The notes: generated by a model not told the origin, from the sequence alone. A stretch of DNA of 64,000 nt from the human T2T-CHM13v2.0 reference genome, Homo sapiens (GCF_009914755.1 NC_060928.1); one strand, 5' to 3'; positions 41,601 through 56,702 are shown, counted from the stretch's first letter. Made by a program: numbers and translations.

Positions 41601-42948
41601 ATACAGACAGACCTTAAAGTATTTTCATAATAATTAAGTCAGATAAATTATGAGAAATCTCAAGTACATAGTAAAAGTTTCATACTGCAAAAGAAAATAT
41701 TCTTGTTTTAATGGACATTCTACATAATGCAGAATGGTAATATGCAATGTGGCAAATCAGTAGTTTTCACTACCCTGGGCATGGAAATGATGTTGTCAAT
41801 AGATGCTTTAAATGAAGAGTATACCATCATAGATTATTTAAGGGCTATTCCTATAAGACGTGGCCAGCTTAGCTACTGCCTTGTAAGATAGAATTTACCT
41901 TGAGCTATGATTTTATCAGGGTGGTACAAAATTCTGATCTGAGAATCACCCTGAGAATTCCTCTCTCAGGGTGATGACAGATGTTATGCTTACAAAAAGT
42001 TATGTGTAGTTTTGTGAATTCACAAATTTCTAGTCAGTGTGGAAAGTCAGCTTAACATCAAAATGTCCCTTAGCAAACTTCAAATCATCATGAGGTCAGC
42101 TAATTTTATAATTTGAACATTAATGATATCAAAATATGAGTGCCTCCACCATTGTCCTTTCAAAGGACCAGGATGACCATCCCAATTGTCAGGAAAAACG
42201 GCTGAAAGTTAAATCCAACATCTTGATCCAAACATCTGACCCAAATCTCTCACATTAATTATAATCATCTGGAGAAACATTTTTTCCTGCTTTGTCACTG
42301 CCACTAAACAATGAGTAATAAACTAAAACAAATACCAGTTTTAAAAGAGAGCTAAAAATGTTTTGGGGGTTTCAGAATCTTATAAACAAAACTCACAAGA
42401 GAAGAATATTTTCTAAAGAAATAAAATATTAAAATACAATGGGAATGTAACCACTAGCAAGAGATAATGCATTTGAAAATGCATAATATCTACCTAAAAG
42501 TGACAATTATTTTTAAAAATGTGTTTTTTTAGTAAGTGGTAAAATATTTTGATATTTCAAATAGAAAATTCAGGTTACACAATCATTTCAACTTTTTAAA
42601 TGATTTAGTTAATGAGGAAATAGAATGATTCCTCAAAGAGGAATTAAAAGCAAAATTACTATACTGATATGTAAAGAAAATCTTGAAAGGGAATTCATAA
42701 AATTCACTGTTATCAGCTATTCTGTCAAAAATTGTAAGTGATCATTTATATTTATATTACAGATGTAATTTTTAACTCTGATGTGATGTAATACCAGTAT
42801 TTAAAGTTACTTCTTTATATTATGCTGTATTATATTGCATATGAAAAAACAAAGTAAGTAAATAGGACTAAACAGAGAAGTTGGGCACAACACCTACATA
42901 TTTTATTTTCCACACAGGGAGACTGACTGTTCTAAACTTTGCAGTGCA

Positions 42949-42950
<2 letters not shown>

Positions 42951-43019
<69 letters not shown>

Positions 43020-43031
43020 CATATATATATA
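42951..43031. repeat. Compound (CA)n/(TA)n microsatellite
   Basis: Long CA run interrupted by TATA, ending in (TA)n. Confidence 0.95.
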
Positions 43032-43409
43032 CTGTTATATATCAGTGATACTTTAGTATTTTAGTTTTGGAATGACAGGTCATGAACTGAATCTTTAAGG
43101 CAGGGGACAGGGGACATGGGACCTAGGTGACACATTTTCTCTTTTACATTACCATTAAGAGTAAGATAGCAGGAAGTGCAAAATGATAATGTAGCAATGT
43201 AACATTAAAGCACATGAGCAGAGAGACCTATGCTATCATACTTTACACTACTAAAGAATATTTAAGGAAAGAAAGGAGGGGCACAGGAAATCAAGAAGAA
43301 TGTATAAATGAAACCACTTTCCTTCAGGAATAGTATCACTAATCAACCATAATATCCCAATATAACTTGTGCTGGCCTCTTTTTCCTCATATATGTGATG
43401 AAAGCCTTA

Positions 43410-43636
43410 GATAATAGGAAAAAAGTAACTGTTTTGTGAACACTCACTAAGTACCAGACACTATTTATTATAATGCATTCATTCAATCGCTCTTCAAAAC
43501 AAACGTCTTCATTTTGCACACAGTACAATGAAAAGTGAAGTAGTTTTCTTAAGGTCGTAGAGCTAGGAAGTGTAGGGGACAGGCCTTGGAGCTCGGCAGT
43601 GTGACTCGAAAGCCTATGCTTGGCCACTACGCAATG
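43410..43636 (-). mobile_element. MIR
   Basis: 'cactcactaagtaccagacact...aaggtcgtagagctaggaagtg...tgactcgaaagcctatgct..ccactac' is a reverse MIR. Confidence 0.75.
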
Positions 43637-46069
43637 TTGACAGTTTCTTAGGTTTGTTTCTCATCTGAGTGCTAATACTTCCATGATCCTGAAGAAAAGT
43701 TATGATACACATTTTATACTGGTGATCTTTACACTTGGAAACAAAGGAGATTAATGAGAAATTACATAAATGTTATTATTTATTTTTACAAATGCTTTCC
43801 AGGTGGTCACAATATGCATACATGTTAGACACTGATGACCTCTGAAACTCTAGAATATAGATCAAGTTATTTATATACATTAATGCATACTCTTGGCCTA
43901 AGCATACCAAAATACATTAATTTGTGCTAACATTAACTATTTAATTTCACATCCATTCCTATAAATTCAAAGTAAAAATAATGAATGCAATTCTGAAAAC
44001 TATAAAAGTCACATTTATAAGAAACCAATAATCAGATACCTGTTTAGATCTCTGACACATTTCACAATTAAATGCTTTTTCAATATTGAGTTGTATTTTC
44101 CTTGTCTATAAAATTTAATAGAGGAAGCCAACTCTTCTGTTTCTATTATTTCAGTTCTTAAAAACAAAACAAGGCATAAAGTATGTTTTACTCCACTTCA
44201 AGTTACCTATTGTATGCCACTGGTCTGAAAGAATGTATTAACAAAACCATATTCAGTATATCCTAATGGCTCACTGTCAACTCATTAGTGGCTTAGAATG
44301 AACAAAATCTGAAAAGAAAAAACAACACATTCACTTATAACTTCAATTTAGCTAGCTATTGTTTGACACTAGTCTAAAATAATGTACTAAAAAATATAGT
44401 CAGAGAATTTCCTTATTTTGTTCTCAAGTCATTAGTTGCATTAAATGATACCCTGTGCCCAAGCATCTATTTGAGCCATTGGTTATCCATAGAGCCTTTT
44501 GTTTTAGCCAAAGTATTTTGATGTTATTATGTAAGTGAGTGTATTTGTGGACAATAAGGAGGAAAGTGAGTGAAACAGAGTGCAGAGTGGGTAGGGTAGC
44601 ACCTGTTTCCATCCAGAACCTTAGACAAGGCTGGAGCCTCAGTTTGAAGCAAAAACATATAATAAATAAGTATAGTTTAGGACAGGGTGTTTTCTTGGGA
44701 CAAGTTTTGCTGTACATGCCAAATGACAAAGAATGGCATGAAGTTAGGGGATGTTATTTTGTTCTATTTTGACTTTGACACCAACATTGCTCAGTAACTT
44801 CCAGGTGAGCAGCAGATGGCAATGTCAACCATGAGGTAATTTCAAAGTTTTTACAGTAAGGAATTATTGTATTAGCACCTAAGATGAACAGGAAGAACAT
44901 GGCAGATGCATTCTGTGGGGGGAAGTGAGAATAACCAATTGATTGCTGTGTGATCTCATAAGGCATCCTTTCGGCACTTTCAGAAATAGACATGAGGAGA
45001 TGTCTATTCATTAGACGATGAAGATTTTAATTGCCTACATATGCCAGTGGGAAAAGTAAAATGCATATTAGAAAATTGACACTAATGTGACTTCATTTGA
45101 TTTCACTGGGTGTTGAGGTCTTAGAGCACTGAAGTTTCACTTATTTTAAATCAGTTGATAGACACCTCAAGAGTCACATTTATATTTTGAGGTATGTAAC
45201 AGAAGTAAATTGGGCATTTGTTATCAGTTTGAATTGATAAATACAATATCTTAAAGTAATTGTTATCATTCTATGATTGAGATAGTTATTACTCATTTCT
45301 CTTTCATCTTGACATAATGGCTAACTAAGCAATGACTGTAATATCCCAGTTTCTTCTCGTCTTTCTTACCAAATATCTCGGGCAGAGTGAGATGTTATGT
45401 TAGTGTACCTGAATATGCTTTGCAAATGTATAGTGTATCATAAAAGGGAAAAGAAAACATATTTTTCACCATTCATTCATTCATTTTCAGGGAAAATATA
45501 CCAATATATGGCAATAGGCCATTTTGTCATTTGTGCATGCATGTTGCCTATGTGTAGGTGCTGTAGAGATCAAGTTTGTGTCTAATTTTTTTTTATGTTT
45601 GAGACCCCTGATTACTATTATATTGGATGTGATGCCTTTTAAATATGTGATACAAAATGTGATTGTATGGAAATTGTTAAAGAGAATTTTTTAGTTTCCA
45701 AAATTCCTGACAAGATTCTAATTATTATAACTTTTAAATCAAAACATTATGAGTTTAAATTATCTTAGTTTTGTCCTTCATTCTATAGTTGTACAATGTA
45801 ATCATGTAATTTTAGCTAAATTATGCTCTTTTGGCTAAGTTATGTAATTGTGACCTTTTGAAGTCTTCATAACTACAAAAATTCCTGACAGAGATTTTAT
45901 CTAAATTATAGATAGTTGGGCTCCCATTTAATTGTTGATCACATCTTTATTTATATTATTTAATATTTGCTAATTATTGTCAATATACTATTCTCAATCT
46001 GTTATATACATTTTCTTATAATAATTGAAATCTCCTTTCTTAAGTAACTGTCTTTGATAGAGTTGGTTC

Positions 46070-47850
46070 ATATTCAATGATAATATGTAGTTAATATGTT
46101 TTCTAGACTCCAGGAACCCAATGTTACAGAAAAACAGACATAGCTCATGTCCTCATAGAGCTTATACCTGAGTAGGGATAAAAAGACATTAACTAAAATA
46201 TAAAGTCTGAGAAATGTTAAAATAAAGAAGCACAGGGCTATGAAAATATAAGGGGTTGGATCTAGTGATAAGTGAGGTAAAATATGTTTGAGTAAAATTA
46301 AGTAAGAAAAGTTAACATTAAAACTCATTATAAATAGAGAAAATGGCAGTTATAATGGAAGTGGGCTGATACAAAGTGTGTATTATGAACAGCAAAAATC
46401 TTAATGTGGCTTAAGCCTAAAGAGCAAAGAGGAACAAAGCACAAGAGCTTGGAGTAAGGGCAAGTATAAATGAGGGCCACAGAGTATAAATTGGGCCATG
46501 CTAGATTTTCCATGCTTTTCCATGAACTTTGGACTTTCAGACTTTCAGAGCAATGGGACACAATTTAGCATTTTTTTTGTCAGAAAATCCATATTTTTAG
46601 ATGCAAGGAGAAATTTTAGGAGACAGTTATAACAATCTAGTTAAAAGACAATGGTTTATAACTTCAGTGACATGGTGGATAGAAACTGATAGAATTAAAG
46701 GATGCTGACATAATAAAGTTAGTAAGTCTGGATAAGGAGTAAAGGAACTATGGATTTTTTAATGTATAAGATGGAATATGTGTTGATGGTATTCACTAAA
46801 ACATGTAACACTGGAAGATAATACATTTGATGGGAGCAGGATCGAGGAGTTTGGTAACAGTTGATTTTGGACAGCTTAAATTTGAAGTCTTTATTTAAGT
46901 TTTTAAATTTAACTCACAGGTAAAATTGTGTGCAATTATTGTGTTCAACATGATATTTTGAAGTATATATACATTGAAGAGTGACTAAATCTAGATAATT
47001 CACATCTGCACAATCTCCCATAGCTATTATTTTTGTTGTGAGAAAAACTTAACAGTCACTCTCTTGGCATTTAAAAAAATACAAAGAAGTCTTTCTAGAC
47101 ATATCAAAAACGTGGTCTGGTAAAAATAAGTGGGAGAGGTTTCAAATATGTGGTTGACTATACTGATTTGAAACTAAAAAAAGGTATCTAGAAGGGACAC
47201 ACAGATTTTTATAAAGATGAATACATCATTTTCATATAAATAATTTTCAAAGAGATGATAACTGAAGCTGTGCTCAATATTGAGAACAACAGTTAGAAAA
47301 TATGAAATGAGAAGAAAATAAGCCTAAGGAAGAGACTTGAGGAACTCCTGCAATGATTTTTATAACAGAGACTAAAATGAAAGGTCAGAGGGGATGTATA
47401 ATTAAATTTAAAAAAAGATGTTTTAGAAGACATGGTAAATACTGTCAGATGCTGCTGAGATACCAAATATGTTCAGGATTGAAAATATGTCAGTTGAATG
47501 TTAAGCATAGAGATAATTTGTGTCCCTTATGAGAACTTTTTTTATTGATATGATCAAGTCAAAATTGAGATCATGGTTAATTTTTGAATAAATAAAAAAA
47601 TATGGATGTAATAATTATATAAAGTTGTTTTCTGGAAATTTGGTTCTAAAGTAAATTTAGAAAGTGCTTTGTATATTTGGTTGATGAAATTAAAATGAGT
47701 TGAGCATATGTCAAAGTGAATGGGAAATATTCAGGTGAAAAGAAAAGTTAACTGATTATATAAAGTTTCTGAGAAGAGGGAGGATTTACATTAGATAGGA
47801 GGAGGAAACTTCCTTTATTTTATAGTAGCAGAAGAAGAGATGATAAAAAG
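46070..47850 (-). mobile_element. L2 relic (long, fragmented)
   Basis: 'atgtcctcatagagcttatac', 'ggtattcactaaaacatgtaacactggaaga' and 'ctgtcagatgctgctgaga' are antisense L2 motifs. Confidence 0.65.
46893..47085 (-). mobile_element. L1MA (6-9-like) 3' fragment nested in L2
   Basis: L1MA 3' end motifs, with TSD GAAGTCTTT at 46884-46892 and 47086-47094. Confidence 0.8.
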
Positions 47851-48951
47851 TTTTGTATGTTTGGATCCTGAGGATTTGCAAATCTTTGAGTCAGCATCTT
47901 TCTTACAATATTCTATTATGCATACTTCAATAATATCACTAGTAAGAATATACAGTATAGATCTTCCACATAATTTGAAGTCATTCTACCTAGATTTATA
48001 TAGATTAGAGAAAACTACACTTGGTCCTGAAATTAAAACAATGAATTTTGTCCAGCATTAAAATACATATTTTAAATAAATATATTAAAAATAGGAAAAT
48101 CAAAATATAGGTAGGTGGAGTGCAAATACTAAAAGTAAATATTGCCCCAACTTTCAGTAATATATGTATTTGTTAAAGAGGGGGGTTAAAATGTAAAATT
48201 ATTTCTTATTTGTGAGTCACGGGCAAAAATTATTTGACTGGGTGGTACCACAATCAATATATTACCTTTAATAATTTGTTTCCTGTGAATGTGAATTATG
48301 GTGCCAATGATATTTTATTCTTTTGTAATTTTTAAAATTTTCTAGGCAAATTGTCTACATAATCCTAGTAGAGAAACAAATTCTACAAGTCAAATCAAAT
48401 ATTATCCAGTAACATCATTATTTAAGCTAAGAGTTCTAAAAGATCGCTCTGTTAAAATCTTTTGAAGTCAGTAACAAATCTTTTATTTCTGAAAGCCTTT
48501 TCTCATCCAGCATGATGCAATTTTAATATATGTATCTGTGGTTTGCTAAGATGTTAGAATAAAAGGAGAGTTCATCTCCTTTAGTTGGTCTGTAGAGGAA
48601 GTTTCTCTTGTACACTCAAACCCATAAGCTTATTAATCATCCTAAGGTTTTTGTCAAAAGGAGTGTGTGGTTTAATGATGCAATTATGTCCATGGATATC
48701 TGGGTTCTGTTTTCAGTTTTCTGCCTAGATTATGTTCGGTGACTTAGGGAGTCATTTAACTTAGGGTAGTTTTATTTTGTATGTTAATCCTATTTACAGA
48801 TTATTCCAATGATAGAAAATTATGTTATACTAGTTAAGCAACGACTGAATAAAATTTCTATGACTCTGGAAGGAATTCCTGAGGATAATGAACAATGCTT
48901 GTTGGTTTTAGATGTATTAACTATTAACAACATATGGCGTAATCACATTTC

Positions 48952-49771
48952 TTTGTTTTTTCATTTTTAATTTCCGTGGGTACACAGGTCTATATATTTA
49001 TGGGGTACATGAGATGTTTTGATACAGGCATGCAATGTGTAATAACTGCATCATAGAAAACTGGGGTATCTATCCCCTCACGTATTTATCCTTTGTGTTA
49101 CAAACAATCCAATTATACTTTTTTTAGTTTTTTAAAAATAGTTATAGTCCCCCTGTTGTGCTATAAAATTCTAGGTATTGTTCATTCTTTCTAACTATTT
49201 CTTTTGTACCCGTTAACCATCCTCACCTCCCCCACAATTCTCAATACATTTCCCAGACTCTAGTAACCATCCTTCTACTCTCTATGTGTTCAATTGTTTT
49301 CATTTTTAGATCCTACAAATAAGTGAGAATATTTGATGTTTGTCTTTCTTTTCCTGGCTTATTTCACTTAACGTAATGTCCTTCATGTCCATCCATGTTG
49401 TCGTAAATGACAGGATCTCCTTTTTTATGGCCAAATAGTACTCCTTTCATTGTATATAAGTACCACATTTCTTTTAACCATTTATCTGTTGGTGAACACT
49501 TAGGTTGCTTCCAAATCTTAGCTATTGTGAAAAGTACTTCAATAAACATAAGAGTGCAGATAGGTCTTTGATGTACTGATTTCTTTTCTTTGAGGCAAAT
49601 ACCCAGCAATGGGATTGCCAGATCATATGGTAGCTCTATTTTTACTTTTTTGATGAACCTCCAAATTGTTCTCCATAGTGGTTGCAGGAATTTACATTTC
49701 CACCAATGGACTACAAGGGTTCCCTTTTCTCCACATTCTCTCTAGTATTTATTATTGCCTATCTTTTGGAT
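48952..49771 (-). mobile_element. L1MA1-3-like 3' fragment
   Basis: 'atttatggggtacatgagatgttttgatacaggcatgcaatg...atttatcctttgtgttacaaacaatccaattatact'. Includes the ORF2 end peptide FTIAKIWKQPKC. Confidence 0.88.
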
Positions 49772-50684
49772 AGATATTTCCTAATGTACTATAACTACAG
49801 AATGATTTCTGCTCCTTTTTAAACTCCTACACATTCAACTCTTTCTAGATAAATTGATTCACATCATATGTGATTGACATGAAAACTTCTAATTGCTGGC
49901 TTATAGAACTGTTTCCAAATCTCTAGATGATATGGAATGTGAATATATATATATTTTTTATATATTAAATATAAATATATATATATTTACAAATATTTAC
50001 AAATCCCTCATGACTAAGATGCTCAGGGGTTTTAAGTGACCAATGTAGAAATCAAAGTAGGATAGTTGAAATGTTACTTGCAAAACATATAGATGAAGGG
50101 TTTTGAGCTTAGCAAGTATATATGGACTGGCATCTCCCAAATTCATTTGATTTTGTTTTCTTTGAAGAGTATACGTGAACACTGCTCAGTTGGATGCCCT
50201 CTAATAAATACCAGAAAGAATGTCCTTTGGAGTTCTGTGACTGCATATTGAGTCCTAAGAATGTAAATTTTATAAAGTTATTAATAATCAATGAAGAAAA
50301 ATGCTGCAAAATTGTTGCTACAATATAACAAATTTAGACTGATTATTTAGCCAGGATACTGAAATGAGAATTCTATTGAGCAATGCTGGCCTCTATCCAC
50401 TACCAATATGTCTCATGAATGGGAAGTTAAGTGGTTTTTGTTCCAAGTTACTGATATTCTATTTGTTACCATAGATAGCAGAAAATATAAGCAAACACTC
50501 ATTGTAAGAGGAGGCATGTTTAATTTCATGTAGCAATAAAACTTTTAATTTGGAAGAAACATACTTTTTTATTTTTATGTGAAAGGCGAAGACAAAGAGA
50601 AAGATTTTTTAAAATATAAAAATGCTAAGAATTTGGAAATTGATCCTAAAACTGAGGTTATTTAGTGTTCTCTCCCATAGGAAA

Positions 50685-52500
50685 GCTTCACTGAATATAT
50701 AATTTGCAGCTGATAGTCCTTTAAGTTGAATGTTTTAAAAATGTTGGGCCAATTTTTTTCTAGCCTTCCTGGTTTCAAATGACAAGCCCACTGTTAATGG
50801 AATTGTTTTACTCCTACAGGCAATGTGAAATTTCTCTGCAGCTTTCATTATTTTTTTCTTTACTTTTAAAAAGTTTCATTATAATGTCTTGTCCTGCATT
50901 TCTTTGGGTTTCTCCTACTTTGGGTTTGCTCAGTTTCTGAAGCCTATAAGCTCATGTCTTTTTGCCAAGTTTGGGAAGTTTTCAGCCATTATTTATTTAA
51001 ATACTCTTTTAGACTCATTCTCCTTTTTCATACCTTCCTGTACTCCAATTATAGAAAAGTTGGATTTTATTAATTGTCCCACAAGTTCTTAAAGATCTGT
51101 TTATTTTCTATTTTTCCCTTTGGTTATTGTACTGTATTTGTTCTATAATTTTCATTTTTTAAAAATAACATTTCATTGTTGAGATTTCCCATTAATTTGA
51201 AGACAATTTGTAATTATTTCTTTAGATGTTTTTATTGTTATTTATTTATTTTTTCAGACAAGGTCTCACTCTGTTGCAGAGGCCGGAGTGCAGTGGTGTA
51301 ATCACAGCTCACTGCAGGCTTAACCTCCTGGACCCAAGTGATCCTTTTCCCTCAGTCTCCCAATTAGCTGGGACTATACACACAAGCCACCATGCCCAGC
51401 TAATTTTTAAATTTATTTTTTAGAGATGGGGGTCTCACTGTGTTGTTTAAACTCATTTCAAACTCCTGGGCTCATGTAATCCTCGTGCCTCAGGCTCCCA
51501 AAGTGTTGGGATTACAGGCATGAGTATCATGCCCGGCCTGAGGTATTTTATTATGACTGAGTTAAAATACTTGTCAAATAATTATAACATCTGATTCATC
51601 TCAGTGTTGACATCAGTTCTCTTTTTTCATTCCAGCTGTGATTTTCCTGTTTTTTTGGTATGATGGGTGAATTTTTTTTTATCGTGTCCTGAACATTGTG
51701 TCTATTATTTAAGGAGCCCCTGGGTTCTATTTGAATCTTTTGTTTAGAAGGCAGTCATCTGCTTGGTTTCATTAAGCAGGTCTTGAGCTACCTTTGTAGG
51801 TTTTGGTTCCAGTTACAATTTAATTTCCAGAGGCTTCGTGGGGCTATTTTGGTCTGCTTTGTTGATTTGGTGCTTTTGGGTCTCCTACAGGTTCCTGCTG
51901 CTGCTGCCTGAAGTTTTTTAGGTTAGGCCACCTGCTATCTGTCAGAGGGGGGAAGAAATCCCTGATGCATGGGGAAGAAGAGGCTTTGTGAACTAGCCAA
52001 CTTAATGTGGTGAGATCTCCCTCGCTGGTTCTTTTCAGCCATCCATAGACTCTTGATGGGGAAGAGGAATCTCTAGCCTGTTGGGGAAGGAGAGTACTTC
52101 CCAGGTCAGGAGATCGTTGTGGTTGTCTTTCCCTTTCCAGTGTTGTGTAGCCACCTATTTTTAGCTTCTGACTGACACTCCATGCCCATACTATCAGGCT
52201 TATTGGTGTTGTCAGGAAGACCTCAATTTGACATAAGTAAAGAACAAACCTATCTGAGCAGCCCTCTCCGGCTTACTGGAAGGTTGAAAAATGCTGGGTC
52301 TGTAGTGTTTTCTGTTTTGTGGGCTCGTAAGTTGCCCTGTTGTTATGTCTGTCTTCTAATCCTGGAGTCTCTAGTTAGCATACCTTCCTCTTTTCACCTT
52401 TTAATATTCTCCATTGTTTGCCTATGGAATTATTTCCTAGGCTCATAGTTGTACTTAATGGAGAGAACCAGGAAGAGATGAGCTGGTGCTGTCATGTTGG
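50685..52500 (-). mobile_element. Old L1M 5'UTR/ORF1 relic
   Basis: 'tttttgccaagtttgggaagttttcagccattattt' is the reverse of the L1 ORF1 'EIMAENFPNL' region. A GC-richer 5'UTR-like tract lies at 51.7-52.5 kb. Confidence 0.65.
51237..51538 (-). mobile_element. AluJ nested in old L1
   Basis: Reverse Alu with J diagnostics ('cacagctcactgcag', 'ctcctgggctca'). Confidence 0.9.
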
Positions 52501-52775
52501 AATGGAGGCTTTGTAGATGTAATTTAAAATAGTTTTTAACTTGAGAAACTCTCTTTAATAGCCAAAGACAAATCATTTTATTAAAATTGGCCTCTGAATT
52601 GCATTGTGTGGCAAATTGGTCAACCTAAAAAATTAATTATCATTATCAACCAAACATTTAAAAATTTTAAGCAACTATTTAAAGCTTCTGTTTTAGTCAG
52701 AATAGGTATACAAGTAAGTTTCCTTTCCCACTAGTTTGCTTATAACTCATGTCATTCCAAACATAATACCCCATC

Positions 52776-53105
52776 GGTATTAGTTTGCTGGATATGCCAT
52801 AACAAAGTGCTTAAAAAAAAGAAATTTATCACCTGATAGTTCTCAAGTCTAGATGTCTGAAATCATGGTGTCAGAGAGATTTTTCTTTCTGAGGTCTACG
52901 AGGTAAGGGTCTTCCCTTTGTGCCTCTGTGTTGAAATTTTCTTGTTTTAAAAAGAAACACTCAAATTGGTTTGGGGACTACATGGATGACCTCATTTTAA
53001 TTTGATTGCCTCTGTGAAGACCCTATATCTAAGACTGAATTCTGAGATACTGGGGGTTATGGTTTTAATGCGTGAATTGTGGCGATACACATTTCAACCA
53101 TAGCA
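52776..53105 (-). mobile_element. MLT1 (A-D type) solo LTR with internal deletions
   Basis: Reverse MLT1 motifs, with perfect 5-bp TSD CCATC (52771-52775 / 53106-53110). Confidence 0.8.
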
Positions 53106-53109
53106 CCAT

Positions 53110-54250
<1,141 letters not shown>

Positions 54251-55685
54251 TGAGAAAAAAATTCAAGATGCCAGTTATTTAGTCCTAGATATTGGGTAGA
54301 AAGTCAAAATGGGCAAGTTACAAATAGGAGTTATAGTTTTTGCTGACACAGATCAAAAAAGTATGTATCTGCACTTTATAAACAAATGTTGATAAATTAG
54401 AATAAAAATATTCACCTATATTAAATTATACATTTAAAAAATAATTTACAGTGTTATTTGTAACTCTGTATTATAATACAACTAGCTACCTTTTATTATA
54501 CTTAATAACTCTTGGATGTGCTTATCAACTCATGGCTTTTCTCACAGTCAATTCATTTCAAATTTACAATAGTAAAATGACAATTTATAAATGCTTAATT
54601 TGCACAAGTTTGGCTAGTGGAAGCACCTTTAAATTGAATTATAATCCTTTCACTTATTCCTTTAACATTGTTGGCAATAGGATATTCCCAACCCTTCATT
54701 TTTTATACTCCCAAGGCCTGAAATGAGGCATCTTCAAAGGAGACTTGGTTCCCTTCAGTGGAGTATGTTAGTAGAAGCCATGTGCTCACAAGTGAGTTGG
54801 TGGTGGGTGAGTGTTTTGCCCCTGATACTGCTACTAGAGCACTTTTATGAGTGAAATAGCTTTAAATATATTTCCTTTCTGGCTATGAGTTCACATTGAT
54901 CTTCAAAATTTAACATATCATATTACTTGCCTTACTTTTTAAATAGTGTGTGGTTTCATTGATTACCAGTGTTTTCTTTACATTGACATTTGGCATACCA
55001 GATGTCAGGCTGAGTTAGCAATAAAGACAACCTAGGGCATAGGAGGTAATATGGGAGCCAGGAATGAACTGGATGACTGGAATATCAATGTAATTTAATA
55101 AGTTATTCTTTTACGAACCTCTGTCAAATAACAACTCTGCTCCCCTGCTTATGATACCCACTGTTGTTTTTATTTTGCTTTTTTTAATACCAGAGAAAAA
55201 ATATTTTACAATTTGTTATGTTTTCTTCACTAGCGTCTAAACTCTGGAGGAGACTATATTTTGTTCACTCTCATCTTCCCATTGCCTGAAATAGTGCTTG
55301 GGGTCGGGGGGAGCCAAGATGGCCAAATAGGAACAGCTCCGGTCTACAGCTCCCAGCGTGAGCGACGCAGAAGATGGGTGATTTCTGCATTTCCATCTGA
55401 GCTTTGAAGAGAGCAGTGGTTCTCCCAGCACGCAGCTGGAGATCTGAGAACGGTCAGACTGCCTCCTCAAGTGGGTCCCTGACCCCTGACCCCCGAGCAG
55501 CCTAACTGGGAGGCACCCTCCAGCAGGGGCAGACTGACACCTCACACGGCCGGGTACTCCAACAGACCTGCAGCTGAGGGTTCTGTCTGTTAGAAGGAAA
55601 ACTAACAAACAGAAAGGACATCCACACCAAAAACCCATCTGTACATCACCATCATCAAAGACCAAAAGTAGATAAAACCACGAAG

Positions 55686-56702
55686 ATGGGGAAAAAACAG
55701 AGCAGAAAAACTGGAAACTCTAAAAAGCAGAGCACCTCTCCTCCTCCAAAGGAACGCAGTGCTTCACCAGCAATGGAACAAAGCTGCACGGAGAATGACT
55801 TTGACGAGCTGAGAGAAGAAGGCTTCAGATGATCAAATTACTCTGAGCTATGGGAGGAAATTCAAACCAAAGGCAAAGAAGTTGAAAACTTTGAAAAAAG
55901 TTTAGAAGAATGTATAACTAAAATAACCAATACAGAGAAGTGCTTAAAGGAGCTGATGGAGCTGAAAACCAAGGCTGGAGAACTACGTGAGGAATGCAGA
56001 AGCCTCAGGAGCCGATGCGATCAACTGGAAGAAAGGGTATCAGTGCTGGAAGATGAAGTGAATGAAATGAAGCGAGAAGGGAAGTTTAGAGAAAAAAGAA
56101 TAAAAAGAAATGAGCAAAGCCTCCAAGAAATATGGGACTATGTGAACAGACCAAATCTACGTCTGATTGGTGTATCTGAAAGTGACGGGGAGAATGGAAC
56201 CAAGTTGGAAATCACTCTGCAGGATATTATCCAGGAGAACTTCCCCAATCTAGCAAGGCAGGCCAACATTCAGATTCAGGAAATACAGAGAACACCACAA
56301 AGATACTCCTCGAGAAGAGCAGCTCCAAGACACATAATTGTCAGATTCACCAAAGTTGAAATGAAGGAAAAAATGTTAAGGGCAGCCAGAGAGAAAGGTT
56401 GGGTTACCCACAAAGGGAAGCCCATCAGACTCACAGCAGATCTCTCGGCAGAAACTCTACAACCCAGAAGAAAGTGGGGGCCAATATTCAACAGTCTTAA
56501 AGAAAAGAATTTTCAACCCAGAATTTCATATCCAGCCAAACTAAGCTTCATAAGTGAAGGAGAAATAAAATACTTTACAGACAAGCAAATGCTGAGAGAT
56601 TTTCTCACCACCAGGCCTGCCCTAAAAGAGCTCCTGAAGGAAGCGCTAAACATGGAAAGGAACAACCAGTACCAGCCGCTGCAAAATCATGTCAAAATGT
56701 AA
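55686..56702 (+). pseudogene. L1 ORF1p (RNA-binding chaperone), nonsense-disrupted
   Basis: Starts ATG GGG AAA AAA CAG. In-frame TGA at 55830-55832 (CGA>TGA). The downstream 248 aa are typical ORF1p. Confidence 0.93.
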
